DNA of 62,773 nucleotides from the NCBI GenBank assembly GCA_948469815.1, contig CAOKMR010000002.1:1-62773 (forward strand). Reading direction: 5' to 3'. Position 1 is the stretch's first letter. Every line of letters begins with the position of its first letter. This DNA comes from an uncultured Clostridiaceae bacterium. Its GTDB lineage: Bacteria > Bacillota > Clostridia > TANB77 > CAG-508. Position numbers and translations under genes: made by a program. The notes below the pieces were generated by a model. That model worked only from the letters and a program-made list of their open reading frames with translations, was not told the DNA's origin and searched no databases. Positions 19,086-27,541 of the stretch are shown here, one piece after another.

Positions 19086-19489
19086 TGGAAAAGCCAACAA
19101 TATGTAGATATTGTGGAAGCCCAGTTGTTTATACATCAAATGCAGAAATATATGGCCGAGAATATGGTGAAGGAAAGTGTTATTTATGCAGAACTTGCAG
19201 GGCATTTGTTGGAGTACATCCAGGAACAGACACACCACTTGGAACATTGGCCAATGAAGAATTAAGAAGATATAGAAAGGCAGCACATTACTGGTTTGAT
19301 CAGATATGGAAGAAACCATTAAGAATTACAACAAGATATAAGGCATATGGATGGTTAGCTGAACAATTAGGACTTCCAAGAGAAAAAACACATATGGCCA
19401 TGTTTGAAAAAGAAGAATGTGAAAAAACAATTAGACTTTCACGAGAAAGAATAGAAAAATATCAAACGAAAAGAGGTGAGATATTTTGA
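19085..19489 (+). CDS. Zinc-finger protein (DUF3268-like)
   Basis: CRYCGS..(n)..CYLCRTC four-Cys motif followed by a conserved W..IW region. GTG start. Confidence 0.55.
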   Translation: MEKPTICRYCGSPVVYTSNAEIYGREYGEGKCYLCRTCRAFVGVHPGTDTPLGTLANEELRRYRKAAHYWFDQIWKKPLRITTRYKAYGWLAEQLGLPREKTHMAMFEKEECEKTIRLSRERIEKYQTKRGEIF

Positions 19490-20988
19490 AATTAGAATTA
19501 AGAGATTATCAAAAAGAGTGTTTAGATCTAATAGATAATTTACAACCAGGATCATACTTAATACAAATGGCGACTGGATGTGGAAAAACAGCAACATTCA
19601 CAAATATAAAAAGAAAAGGTCGTGTACTAGTCCTAGCACATAGAGAAGAACTAGTAACGCAACCAGTTAAATACTATGACTGCCCTGTGGGAATTGAAAT
19701 GGCGAATCACAAATCACACGGAGAACCAGTCGTAATAGCATCAGTACAAAGTATAGTACATAGATTAGAAAATTTCAAGCCTACAGAATTTGACACAATA
19801 ATAACAGATGAAGCACATCATGCTGCAGCATCTACTTATAGGAAAGTATATGAATATTTTAAACCAAGGTTACATTTAGGATTTACAGCAACACCAAACA
19901 GGGGAGATAATGTAAGACTTGATGATATATATCAGGACATTATATTTGAAAGAGATATTAAGTGGGCTATAAAAAATAAATACTTAACAGATATCTATTG
20001 TATGAGAGTAAATATTGGATATGACATAAGTAAAGTTGCAAGAAGGATGGGAGATTTTGCACCAGGAGAACTTGAAGAAGTAATGAATCAAGAGGTATTA
20101 AATAATGCAATAGCTGAAACTTATAAAAAATATGCAAAAGGACAAACCTTAATATTTGCTTGTAGTGTAGAACACGCAAAAGCAATAGCTGGAAAAATAC
20201 CAGGTGCAGTTGCAGTAACTGCAGAAACAAAAAACAGAGAAGAACTTATAAAGAAGTTTACAAATAGAGAAATACCTGTACTTGTAAATTGTATGATTTT
20301 CACAGAAGGGACTGATATGCCACTTGTTGAAACTGTAATGATAGCAAGGCCAACAAGTAATAGTAGTTTATACACACAAATGGTAGGGAGAGGCTTAAGA
20401 CTTTATCCAGGAAAAGACAAGCTTACTTTGATAGATTTAGTTGGAACTACAGGAAGAGCAAATTTATGCACAGCACCAACTTTAATAGGAGTTGACCTAA
20501 ATGCAGTACCTGCAAACAAACAAGATGAAATACAAGGAGACTTATTTGAATTACCTGATCTAATTGCAGAAAAAGCAGATTGTCCATCATCTTGGATAAG
20601 AAATATTGAAATTGTAAATATATGGGCTAAAGAGCAAAGCTACAAAACTCACGATGTAAACTATTTCAAAATGCCTAATGGTAATATGGTGGTATTTATT
20701 CCAAAAAGAAAAATAGTAATTCCAGCACAAGACGAATTAGGGAAAACAATATGGAATGGCCAAAAGGTAAGTATGCAAAAAGCATTTGATGAAGTGTATT
20801 TATATTTAAAAGAAAACCACGCAAACGAAGAATATATATGGAATGTAAAAATGATGAAACAATGGGGAAAAGTGCCAGCAAGTGAAAAACAAGTTAGTAT
20901 GATCAAAAGATTTATGAAAGACTTTGATACGGAAAACTTAAACAAAATGCAAGCAACACAAATCTTAAATAGATTGTTTTATAAGTAG
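19486..20988 (+). CDS. Superfamily-2 DEAD/DEAH-box helicase
   Basis: Motif I MATGCGKT, motif II DEAHH, motif III FTATP and motif VI QMVGRGLR. Confidence 0.85.
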   Translation: MKLELRDYQKECLDLIDNLQPGSYLIQMATGCGKTATFTNIKRKGRVLVLAHREELVTQPVKYYDCPVGIEMANHKSHGEPVVIASVQSIVHRLENFKPTEFDTIITDEAHHAAASTYRKVYEYFKPRLHLGFTATPNRGDNVRLDDIYQDIIFERDIKWAIKNKYLTDIYCMRVNIGYDISKVARRMGDFAPGELEEVMNQEVLNNAIAETYKKYAKGQTLIFACSVEHAKAIAGKIPGAVAVTAETKNREELIKKFTNREIPVLVNCMIFTEGTDMPLVETVMIARPTSNSSLYTQMVGRGLRLYPGKDKLTLIDLVGTTGRANLCTAPTLIGVDLNAVPANKQDEIQGDLFELPDLIAEKADCPSSWIRNIEIVNIWAKEQSYKTHDVNYFKMPNGNMVVFIPKRKIVIPAQDELGKTIWNGQKVSMQKAFDEVYLYLKENHANEEYIWNVKMMKQWGKVPASEKQVSMIKRFMKDFDTENLNKMQATQILNRLFYK

Positions 20989-20996
20989 GTGATGTA

Positions 20997-21686
20997 ATGA
21001 AACATATAGTTAGTTTTTCAGGTGGTAAGGATAGCACAGCGATGTTATTAAAAATGCTTGAAGATAATTGGAAAATAGATGAAATAATATTTTGTGATAC
21101 AGGCAAAGACTTTCCAGATATGATTAAACATATATCAGAAGTTGCACATTACATTTGGTATAGATATGGAAAGAGTATAACTACATTAAAAGCAGAAAAA
21201 AGTTTTGATTATTATATGTTTGAACACGAAAAAACTCGTGGCAAAAATAAGGGCAAAAAAGGGTATGGCTGGGCAACAATGCGTTGTAGATGGTGTACGA
21301 GTAACTTGAAAAATAGAGTTATTGATAATTATTTGAAAAAATATAAGATAGAGGGATATGTTGAATATGTAGGAATTGCAGCAGATGAAAAAAAACGAAT
21401 AAAAGATAAATGTTATCCGTTAGTTGAGTGGAAAATGACAGAAGCGGATTGCCTAAAATATTGCTATGATAGAGGATTTACTTGGAATGGATTATATGAA
21501 CATTTTGATAGGTTAAGCTGTTGGTGTTGTCCACTAAAAAACTTAAAAGAACTAAAAATATTATATACATATTATCCTAAATTGTGGAAGCAACTAAAAG
21601 AAATGGATAAAAAAGCATATAACCAATTTAGAGCTGATTATAGCGTAGAGCAATTAGAAGAAAAATTTAAAAAAGAAGGTGATTAA
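20997..21686 (+). CDS. PAPS-reductase-family PP-loop protein (DndC/IbrA-like)
   Basis: PP-loop SFSGGKDS plus a C-terminal Cys cluster RCRWC...CWCCPLKN. Confidence 0.8.
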   Translation: MKHIVSFSGGKDSTAMLLKMLEDNWKIDEIIFCDTGKDFPDMIKHISEVAHYIWYRYGKSITTLKAEKSFDYYMFEHEKTRGKNKGKKGYGWATMRCRWCTSNLKNRVIDNYLKKYKIEGYVEYVGIAADEKKRIKDKCYPLVEWKMTEADCLKYCYDRGFTWNGLYEHFDRLSCWCCPLKNLKELKILYTYYPKLWKQLKEMDKKAYNQFRADYSVEQLEEKFKKEGD

Positions 21687-21876
21687 AATGTTAAGAATAT
21701 TTTTACAATACATTACTTTATTAAATAAAATAAGAAAATCAAAACAAAAAGGATATGAAGGAATACAAGTTTCTTTAATATATCCAGTAAATCAAGAACG
21801 ATTAAGAAAAAAAGGATATTCAGTATATGAACCCAGTTTATTTAGATCAAATTATGTAATAAGGTGGGTGGATTAA
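21679..21876 (+). CDS. Hypothetical phage protein
   Basis: 65-aa ORF; weak support. Confidence 0.3.
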   Translation: MIKMLRIFLQYITLLNKIRKSKQKGYEGIQVSLIYPVNQERLRKKGYSVYEPSLFRSNYVIRWVD

Positions 21877-22122
21877 ATGGAAGAAATAAATATTGCAGTA
21901 TTAATGAGAAATATAAATGAACAAATATGGAAATTTGAGCAAAAATATCATACAAGGCCAAAATTTTTAAAAGTAGGAACTTATGTATGTTATGCATTAA
22001 AAAATATAACTAATACAAATTTTAGATATTTAGAAACAAAAGAAGGTAGTATCAGCACATTTATGGGACTATTAGTATGCGATACACCAGCAATAGAAGA
22101 TTTTAGTGTGGAGGTGTTTTAA
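21877..22122 (+). CDS. Hypothetical phage protein
   Basis: 81-aa ORF, coupled to its neighbours. Confidence 0.4.
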   Translation: MEEINIAVLMRNINEQIWKFEQKYHTRPKFLKVGTYVCYALKNITNTNFRYLETKEGSISTFMGLLVCDTPAIEDFSVEVF

Positions 22123-22544
22123 TGCCAAGAAGAGGATTTCAATTTGAAGAGCAAATTCAAAAAGTATGTGATTATGTAGAAGCCATAGGTGGGCATGCAC
22201 ACAAAAATCATCCTGAAAGAACTGTTGATGGAATCTATAAAAAAGGAGAGCCGTTTGACTATGAGATATTTCTTCCAAATTATAAAGCTGTATTTGATGC
22301 AAAAGAGTGCAAAACAACAAAGTGGCATATGGTCGATAAAGATATTAGGCAATGTGATGAAATGAAAAAATGTAAAAATGCAGGTCTCAAAGCATATTTT
22401 CTTATATGCTTTAAAGGCCACGATGTAAGAATGATAGATGTTGACACAGCAATAGCAACTTTAAAAAACGGAAGTAAAACAATATCTGCAGCAGGAAATC
22501 CAAGCTGGGATTTAATAAAAATATTAGGAGGTACACAAAAGTGA
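22122..22544 (+). CDS. RecU-like Holliday-junction resolvase (PD-(D/E)xK)
   Basis: ..GEPFDYEIF....AVFDAKEC.. arrangement resembling RecU catalytic motifs; 140 aa. Confidence 0.6.
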   Translation: MPRRGFQFEEQIQKVCDYVEAIGGHAHKNHPERTVDGIYKKGEPFDYEIFLPNYKAVFDAKECKTTKWHMVDKDIRQCDEMKKCKNAGLKAYFLICFKGHDVRMIDVDTAIATLKNGSKTISAAGNPSWDLIKILGGTQK

Positions 22545-22969
22545 AATGTGGTGATAAAGAGTGGCAACACTGCCAAGTAGAAAAAATGGGATGTCCTGGA
22601 TGTTATTATGATGAAATAGAAATTAAAGAGTATATAAGAATACATGAAGAAATAGCACAAATAACTAAAAAGGGGAAAATAGACAATCATTATATTTATA
22701 GTGCAATATATGGAGATGGAAAAGAATATACAAATATTTCAAGAAAAATGATAACTAAACATAGTAAAAAAATATCTGAAGTATTAAAAGAAGGGGATGT
22801 AATTTTCTATACAATAAACAATTCTCCTCAAATATATATGGGAAAAGTAAGAAAATATAAATTAGGATTAGGATCAAACTATTATAGTTTAGAACAATTA
22901 AATATTATAAAAGTTATAACAAAAAAAGAGATAAAGGAAGTAGGATTTGAAATAAATGAAAGTATTTAG
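22541..22969 (+). CDS. Hypothetical phage protein (N-terminal Cys-rich)
   Basis: 142-aa ORF. Confidence 0.4.
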   Translation: MKCGDKEWQHCQVEKMGCPGCYYDEIEIKEYIRIHEEIAQITKKGKIDNHYIYSAIYGDGKEYTNISRKMITKHSKKISEVLKEGDVIFYTINNSPQIYMGKVRKYKLGLGSNYYSLEQLNIIKVITKKEIKEVGFEINESI

Positions 22970-23393
22970 ATTTATGAGTAAAGTAGAATTTGAAAAGTAT
23001 AAACACAATTTTACTTTACAAAACAATACAAAACACGATGGAAAAACAAATTCAGTAGGATTTTGTTTCCTAGATATAGAAGAATTTACACCTGAAGAAG
23101 CAATGCATTTTTTAAGTGGAATAGTAACATTTGATGTATGTGCAGTATTTGAAACAAAAGAGAATTTACATAAAACTTATGGAATATATGCAAAACCAAT
23201 AAAAAGTACAGGAAATTCTATGGAAGATTTATTAAATATATTTAGTGGGTTTACTGATAGATTTACAGCTAATGAATATTGCACAACTGAATATAACAAA
23301 GAAACAATGAAGCTATTGAAATATAGTGAGGAAATTTGGAAACAATGGAATCCAATTGAAGAACAAACAAAATTAAAATGGGTGGAGGTATAA
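22956..23393 (+). CDS. Hypothetical phage protein
   Basis: 145-aa ORF. Confidence 0.4.
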   Translation: MKVFRFMSKVEFEKYKHNFTLQNNTKHDGKTNSVGFCFLDIEEFTPEEAMHFLSGIVTFDVCAVFETKENLHKTYGIYAKPIKSTGNSMEDLLNIFSGFTDRFTANEYCTTEYNKETMKLLKYSEEIWKQWNPIEEQTKLKWVEV

Positions 23394-23397
23394 AAAA

Positions 23398-23901
23398 ATG
23401 AAAACTTGGGAAGAAATGACAAAATTAGAAACTAAAATAAAAGTGAGAATAGCATTACATATTTTATTAGCAATATTAAGTATAACAGATGCAATAATAA
23501 GCAAAAACTTTGCGTGGGGAATGTGTGGCCTATTATGGATATTAGTTGCAGTAATGGAATATTGCGATACTAAATTATTAAAAAGTAGCGATGCACTAAT
23601 AGCATTGCAAGAAAGACATATTGATATACAAGATAAAATGTTAGATGATTTATTAAAAGAACTAGCAACACCAAATATTGTAATAGAAACAGACTTAATA
23701 AAAATACCTAAACATTTTACAAAACCAGGAAAGAAAAAATTAAATAAAAGAATAGAATTTTATAATAAAAATAAATATTTTGAAGTACCTATTATAATTG
23801 ATTCAAGCAATACATTAGTAGATGGATATACTTCATATTTAATTGCTAAAAAATATAATTTAAAAACAGTACAAGCAAAAGTAAAGATAGGAGGAAAATA
23901 A
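23398..23901 (+). CDS. Membrane protein with weak ParB-N-like C-terminal region
   Basis: Two N-terminal TM helices. The C-terminal ..IIIDSSNTLVDGYTSYLIAKK.. resembles the ParB-N DGxxR..A box but lacks the Arg. Confidence 0.4.
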   Translation: MKTWEEMTKLETKIKVRIALHILLAILSITDAIISKNFAWGMCGLLWILVAVMEYCDTKLLKSSDALIALQERHIDIQDKMLDDLLKELATPNIVIETDLIKIPKHFTKPGKKKLNKRIEFYNKNKYFEVPIIIDSSNTLVDGYTSYLIAKKYNLKTVQAKVKIGGK

Positions 23902-23903
23902 AA

Positions 23904-24695
23904 ATGATAGAAAAAGTTAATCCAAAACATCCTGATAAAGTAGCAGACAGAATTGCAGGTGCAATAGTAGATTTAGCTTATGAAAAAGAAGAAAATCCTA
24001 AAATTGCAGTAGAAGTCTTAATAGGACACGGACATTGTATGATTGTAACAGAAACAAATGTAAAAGTATCTTTTGAAGAGGTTGAAAATGCTGTACATAG
24101 AATAGCAGGTAAAAATATAGATGTTCATATACTACCGAACAAACAAGATGAGTATTTAGCAAACAACCAAAATGGAAAAATAAGGTGTGGAGATAATGGA
24201 ATATTTAAAGGTGTACCATTGACTGAAGAAGATAGGCAAATAAGTTATTTAGCACATCAAATATATGATAAATACAATAGTGATGGTAAATATATATTAG
24301 ACCAAAAAACAAATAAATGTATAATTTGTCAAAGTAATGCAAAAACTGAAGAACTAAAAGAATTATATCCAACAGCAATAATAAATCCATTAGGAGAATG
24401 GACTGGTGGAATAAATGTAGATACAGGAGCAACTAATAGAAAATTAGGATCTGATATGGGAAATGCAGTAACAGGTGGAGGATTACACGGAAAAGACCTA
24501 TCAAAAGCAGATGTGTCAGTAAATATATATGCACATATAAAAGCACAAGAATTACAAAAGCCAATAGAATTATTTTGTGCAATAGGTGATGAAGAAATAG
24601 ATGGAAAACCTTATGAAGAAATAGTAAAAATAGCAAAAGATTATATAAATAAATTAGGTGGATTTGAGAAATTAGCAGAATGGGGATTATTTTAA
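23904..24695 (+). CDS. Compact S-adenosylmethionine synthetase (MetK)-like protein
   Basis: 263 aa with HPDKVADRIAGAIVD (MetK GHPDK..D.isDaiLD box), GDNGIF (GAGDQG-like), DTGATNRK (D.G.TGRK) and GGGLHGKDLSKADVS (GGGAFSGKD.sKVDRS). Confidence 0.65.
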   Translation: MIEKVNPKHPDKVADRIAGAIVDLAYEKEENPKIAVEVLIGHGHCMIVTETNVKVSFEEVENAVHRIAGKNIDVHILPNKQDEYLANNQNGKIRCGDNGIFKGVPLTEEDRQISYLAHQIYDKYNSDGKYILDQKTNKCIICQSNAKTEELKELYPTAIINPLGEWTGGINVDTGATNRKLGSDMGNAVTGGGLHGKDLSKADVSVNIYAHIKAQELQKPIELFCAIGDEEIDGKPYEEIVKIAKDYINKLGGFEKLAEWGLF

Positions 24696-24743
24696 AAGAT
24701 AAAAAACAAACTCAATAACCAGGAATAGGAGGTGGAACTTAAA

Positions 24744-24908
24744 ATGGTAATAATTAAAGCAATATTTATATTTTTTATAGGATTTTATGCTTTGGCCAAG
24801 ATAGTGGATGGAATGAATAATAAATACATAAACACCAAAGATAAAATTGTAAATTTGATAGAAATAGTTGTTAGTGTAGTATTAACATTTATTATATTTA
24901 AAATTTAG
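24744..24908 (+). CDS. Small membrane protein (54 aa), not in ORF track
   Basis: AGGAGGTGG RBS and two hydrophobic segments. Confidence 0.35.
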   Translation: MVIIKAIFIFFIGFYALAKIVDGMNNKYINTKDKIVNLIEIVVSVVLTFIIFKI

Positions 24909-24920
24909 GAGGTGCAAAAG

Positions 24921-25346
24921 ATGAATGTTCAAGAGGTACTTGAAGGTTATAATTCGCTTAAAGCAAGCATAAGCATTGTAGAAGGGGAAATACAAGAACT
25001 AGAGAATGATATATTGGATTGTAAAAGTTCTAATTTAGATGGTATGCCAAAACCAAAAGGGTTTGTAAGTTCTAATATAGAAAATTATATTGCAGAAAAG
25101 CAAGAAAAAATAGAACAAAAACAAAGGTACATAGAAAGAACAAAAACAAAAATAAAAATAGTGGAAGATTTGGTAAAAACACTAAAAAAATATAATCAGG
25201 ATATAATTGATATGAGATATTATCAAATGTTAAGTATAGAAGAAATTGCAGTAAAGAAGGACAGAGGTTATGGAGCAATACAAAAAACTATTGATAGATC
25301 AATAAGAATAATGCAAAAAGAATATAATAAAAACAAAATGTCGTAG
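24921..25346 (+). CDS. ArpU/sigma-70 region-4-like late-gene transcriptional activator
   Basis: C-terminal ..DMRYYQMLSIEEIAVKK..GAIQKTIDRSIR.. HTH. ATG 24921 lies 8 nt after AGGAGG. Positioned just before the packaging genes. Confidence 0.6.
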   Translation: MNVQEVLEGYNSLKASISIVEGEIQELENDILDCKSSNLDGMPKPKGFVSSNIENYIAEKQEKIEQKQRYIERTKTKIKIVEDLVKTLKKYNQDIIDMRYYQMLSIEEIAVKKDRGYGAIQKTIDRSIRIMQKEYNKNKMS

Positions 25347-25500
25347 TTTTGTATATAAAATTTATATATTTTGTCTGTATTTTTTCAAAATATACTATGT
25401 TATAATTATAATCGAGAAAATTGTAATTACCTTTTCATTTTTCTTTCCTTCTTATAATAGATGTGGATCACTGATACAAATGTCAGTGGTCTTTTTATAT

Positions 25501-25578
25501 TGCAGAATAGCTTAATTGGTAAAGCAGCCAGCACACATGGGCTGTAATATGTGGGTTCAAATCCTACTTCTGCAACCA
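25501..25578 (+). tRNA. tRNA-like gene with encoded CCA and an aberrant, enlarged anticodon arm (anticodon not assignable)
   Basis: Acceptor stem tgcagaa/ttctgca, D-arm gctt-aattggta-aagc, T-arm gtggg-ttcaaat-cctac, discriminator A plus CCA. The anticodon region agccagcacacatgggctg only folds with an 8-10-nt loop lacking U33. Confidence 0.5.
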
Positions 25579-25674
25579 AATGATAAAGGAATATGCCTAT
25601 GAATTTAAGTAGATGTATGTTAAGAGAATGTAAAAATTGTAGATATGAATCCAGTTGTTTTAAGGAGTATAGAA

Positions 25675-26865
25675 ATGAATATTCAAAAAATAGGCATAGA
25701 AAAACTAAAGCCAGCAGAATACAATCCAAGAAAAGACCTAAAGCCAGAGGACGAGGAATATCAAAAAATCAAAAAAAGTCTAATTGAATTTGGATATGTA
25801 GCACCTGTTATAGTTAATGCAGATATGACTGTTATAGGTGGACACCAAAGACTAAAAGTATTGAAAGAATTAGGTTATACAGAAATAGAATGTAATATTG
25901 TTGATTTAGACAAGGATAAAGAAAAAGCCTTAAATATAGCATTAAATAAAATAACAGGTGAGTGGGACAATACTAAACTAGAAGAATTACTTGCAGAACT
26001 AAAAGAAACAGAAATTGATATGGATGCAACAGGATTTAGTTTTGATGAAGTAGATAATATGCTGAAGGATATAACAGGTTCAAAAGAAGATGACTTTGAT
26101 GTAGATCAAGCATTAGATGAAATAGAAGAACCAATAAGTAAAACAGGAGATGTTTGGGTATTAGGTAGACATAGATTAATGTGTGGAAATAGCACGCAAA
26201 AAGATGATGTTATGCGTCTTATGAATAATCAAGATGCAGATATGATTCTTACAGATCCACCATATAATGTTGACTATGTTGGAAAAACATCAGAAGCATT
26301 AAAAATCGAAAATGACAATATGAATGAGACTGAATTTTATAACTTTTTGCTGGATGCTTTTAGGAATATGTTTGAAAGTATAAAGTATGGTGGCTCTATA
26401 TATGTATTTCACGCAGATACAGAAGGACTAAACTTTAGAAATGCTTTTAAAGCAGTAGGTTTTAAATTAGCACAATGTTTAGTATGGGTTAAGAATACTT
26501 TTGTAATGGGTAGACAAGATTATCAATGGAGACACGAACCAATTTTATATGGATGGAAAGAAGGTGCAGGACATTACTTTGTAGCTAATAGAAAACAAAG
26601 TACAGTATTAGAATTTGACAAACCAAGTAGAAATGCAGAACATCCAACAATGAAGCCAATAGATTTATTAGTGTATTTGATTAAAAACTCTAGCAAAGAA
26701 AATGACATAATATTAGATTTATTTGGTGGAAGTGGATCAACTTTAATTGCTGCAGAACAAATACAAAGAACCTGCTATATAATGGAATTAGATCCTAAAT
26801 ATTGTGATGTAATAATTAAACGATGGGAAAACTTAACAGGACAAAAAGCAATATTAGAGAAATAA
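25675..26865 (+). CDS. ParB-N domain fused to DNA N6/N4 methyltransferase
   Basis: IEKLKPAEYNPR and GGHQR (ParB-N), then DPPYN (motif IV) and FGGSGST (motif I). ATG 25675 has AAGGAG 7 nt upstream. Confidence 0.9.
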   Translation: MNIQKIGIEKLKPAEYNPRKDLKPEDEEYQKIKKSLIEFGYVAPVIVNADMTVIGGHQRLKVLKELGYTEIECNIVDLDKDKEKALNIALNKITGEWDNTKLEELLAELKETEIDMDATGFSFDEVDNMLKDITGSKEDDFDVDQALDEIEEPISKTGDVWVLGRHRLMCGNSTQKDDVMRLMNNQDADMILTDPPYNVDYVGKTSEALKIENDNMNETEFYNFLLDAFRNMFESIKYGGSIYVFHADTEGLNFRNAFKAVGFKLAQCLVWVKNTFVMGRQDYQWRHEPILYGWKEGAGHYFVANRKQSTVLEFDKPSRNAEHPTMKPIDLLVYLIKNSSKENDIILDLFGGSGSTLIAAEQIQRTCYIMELDPKYCDVIIKRWENLTGQKAILEK

Positions 26866-26884
26866 TGGAGGTGGGTGATATGTA

Positions 26885-27541
26885 TTGAATGAATCTAATG
26901 TAGAAAATATAAAAAACGATTATTTACAAGGAATGAAATACAACGATATTATAAATAAATATAATATCACTCTACCTGAATTAAGAAGTATTATTCGTAG
27001 AAATAAACTAACTAGAAGCAGAAGTGAAATACAAAAAGGAAATACAAGTTCAATAGGAAACAAAGGTGGTTATGCACCTGAAGGAAATAAAAATGCTGTT
27101 GTTACTGGAGAATATGAAAACATATTTGCTGGTTGCTTCTCTGAAGAAGAAAAAGAAATATTTAATAATAAAGAACTTAATGAAAAAGAAGAATTATTAT
27201 TTGAATTACAAGTATTAAAAATAAGAGAAGGCAGAATGCTTAAAAGAATAGAAGAATTAAAACAACGAGGTAAAGACATGACGATAAATTTTATTAGAAG
27301 TAAAAAAAGTAAATCAGAAACAGAAACTGTAACAGATGCAGAACCAACTTTAAATATGATACAAAGAATAGAAGATGGACTTACAAGAGTACAAGAGGCA
27401 AAAAGAAAAGTATTAGAAAGTCTGGCCAAGTTAAACATTACTGAAGATGACAGAACACTAAATGTAAATTTGGTAAGTAATAACTCTATATTGGAAAGCA
27501 TAAGCAGACAATTAGGTGGTGGTGACGATGGAACAAAATGA
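26885..27541 (+). CDS. Terminase small subunit
   Basis: N-terminal HTH-like ..GMKYNDIINKYNITLPELRSIIRR.. and a coiled-coil centre. Lies directly upstream of the large subunit. TTG start. Confidence 0.7.
   Translation: MNESNVENIKNDYLQGMKYNDIINKYNITLPELRSIIRRNKLTRSRSEIQKGNTSSIGNKGGYAPEGNKNAVVTGEYENIFAGCFSEEEKEIFNNKELNEKEELLFELQVLKIREGRMLKRIEELKQRGKDMTINFIRSKKSKSETETVTDAEPTLNMIQRIEDGLTRVQEAKRKVLESLAKLNITEDDRTLNVNLVSNNSILESISRQLGGGDDGTK

Noticed and set aside
25501-25578. The idea that the odd phage tRNA-like gene decodes the CGG/CGGA sites (quadruplet or CGG suppressor).
   Set aside because: The enlarged loop (agcacacatg) contains neither CCG nor UCCG, so no anticodon complementary to CGG or CGGA can be drawn. 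No link is supported by the sequence.
25427-25787. ORFs 25427-25729 (-) and 25593-25787 (+) around the tRNA-like gene.
   Set aside because: The minus ORF translates through the tRNA-like sequence (GFEPT-type artefact). The plus ORF is out of frame with, and overlaps, the well-supported ParB-methylase start at 25675.
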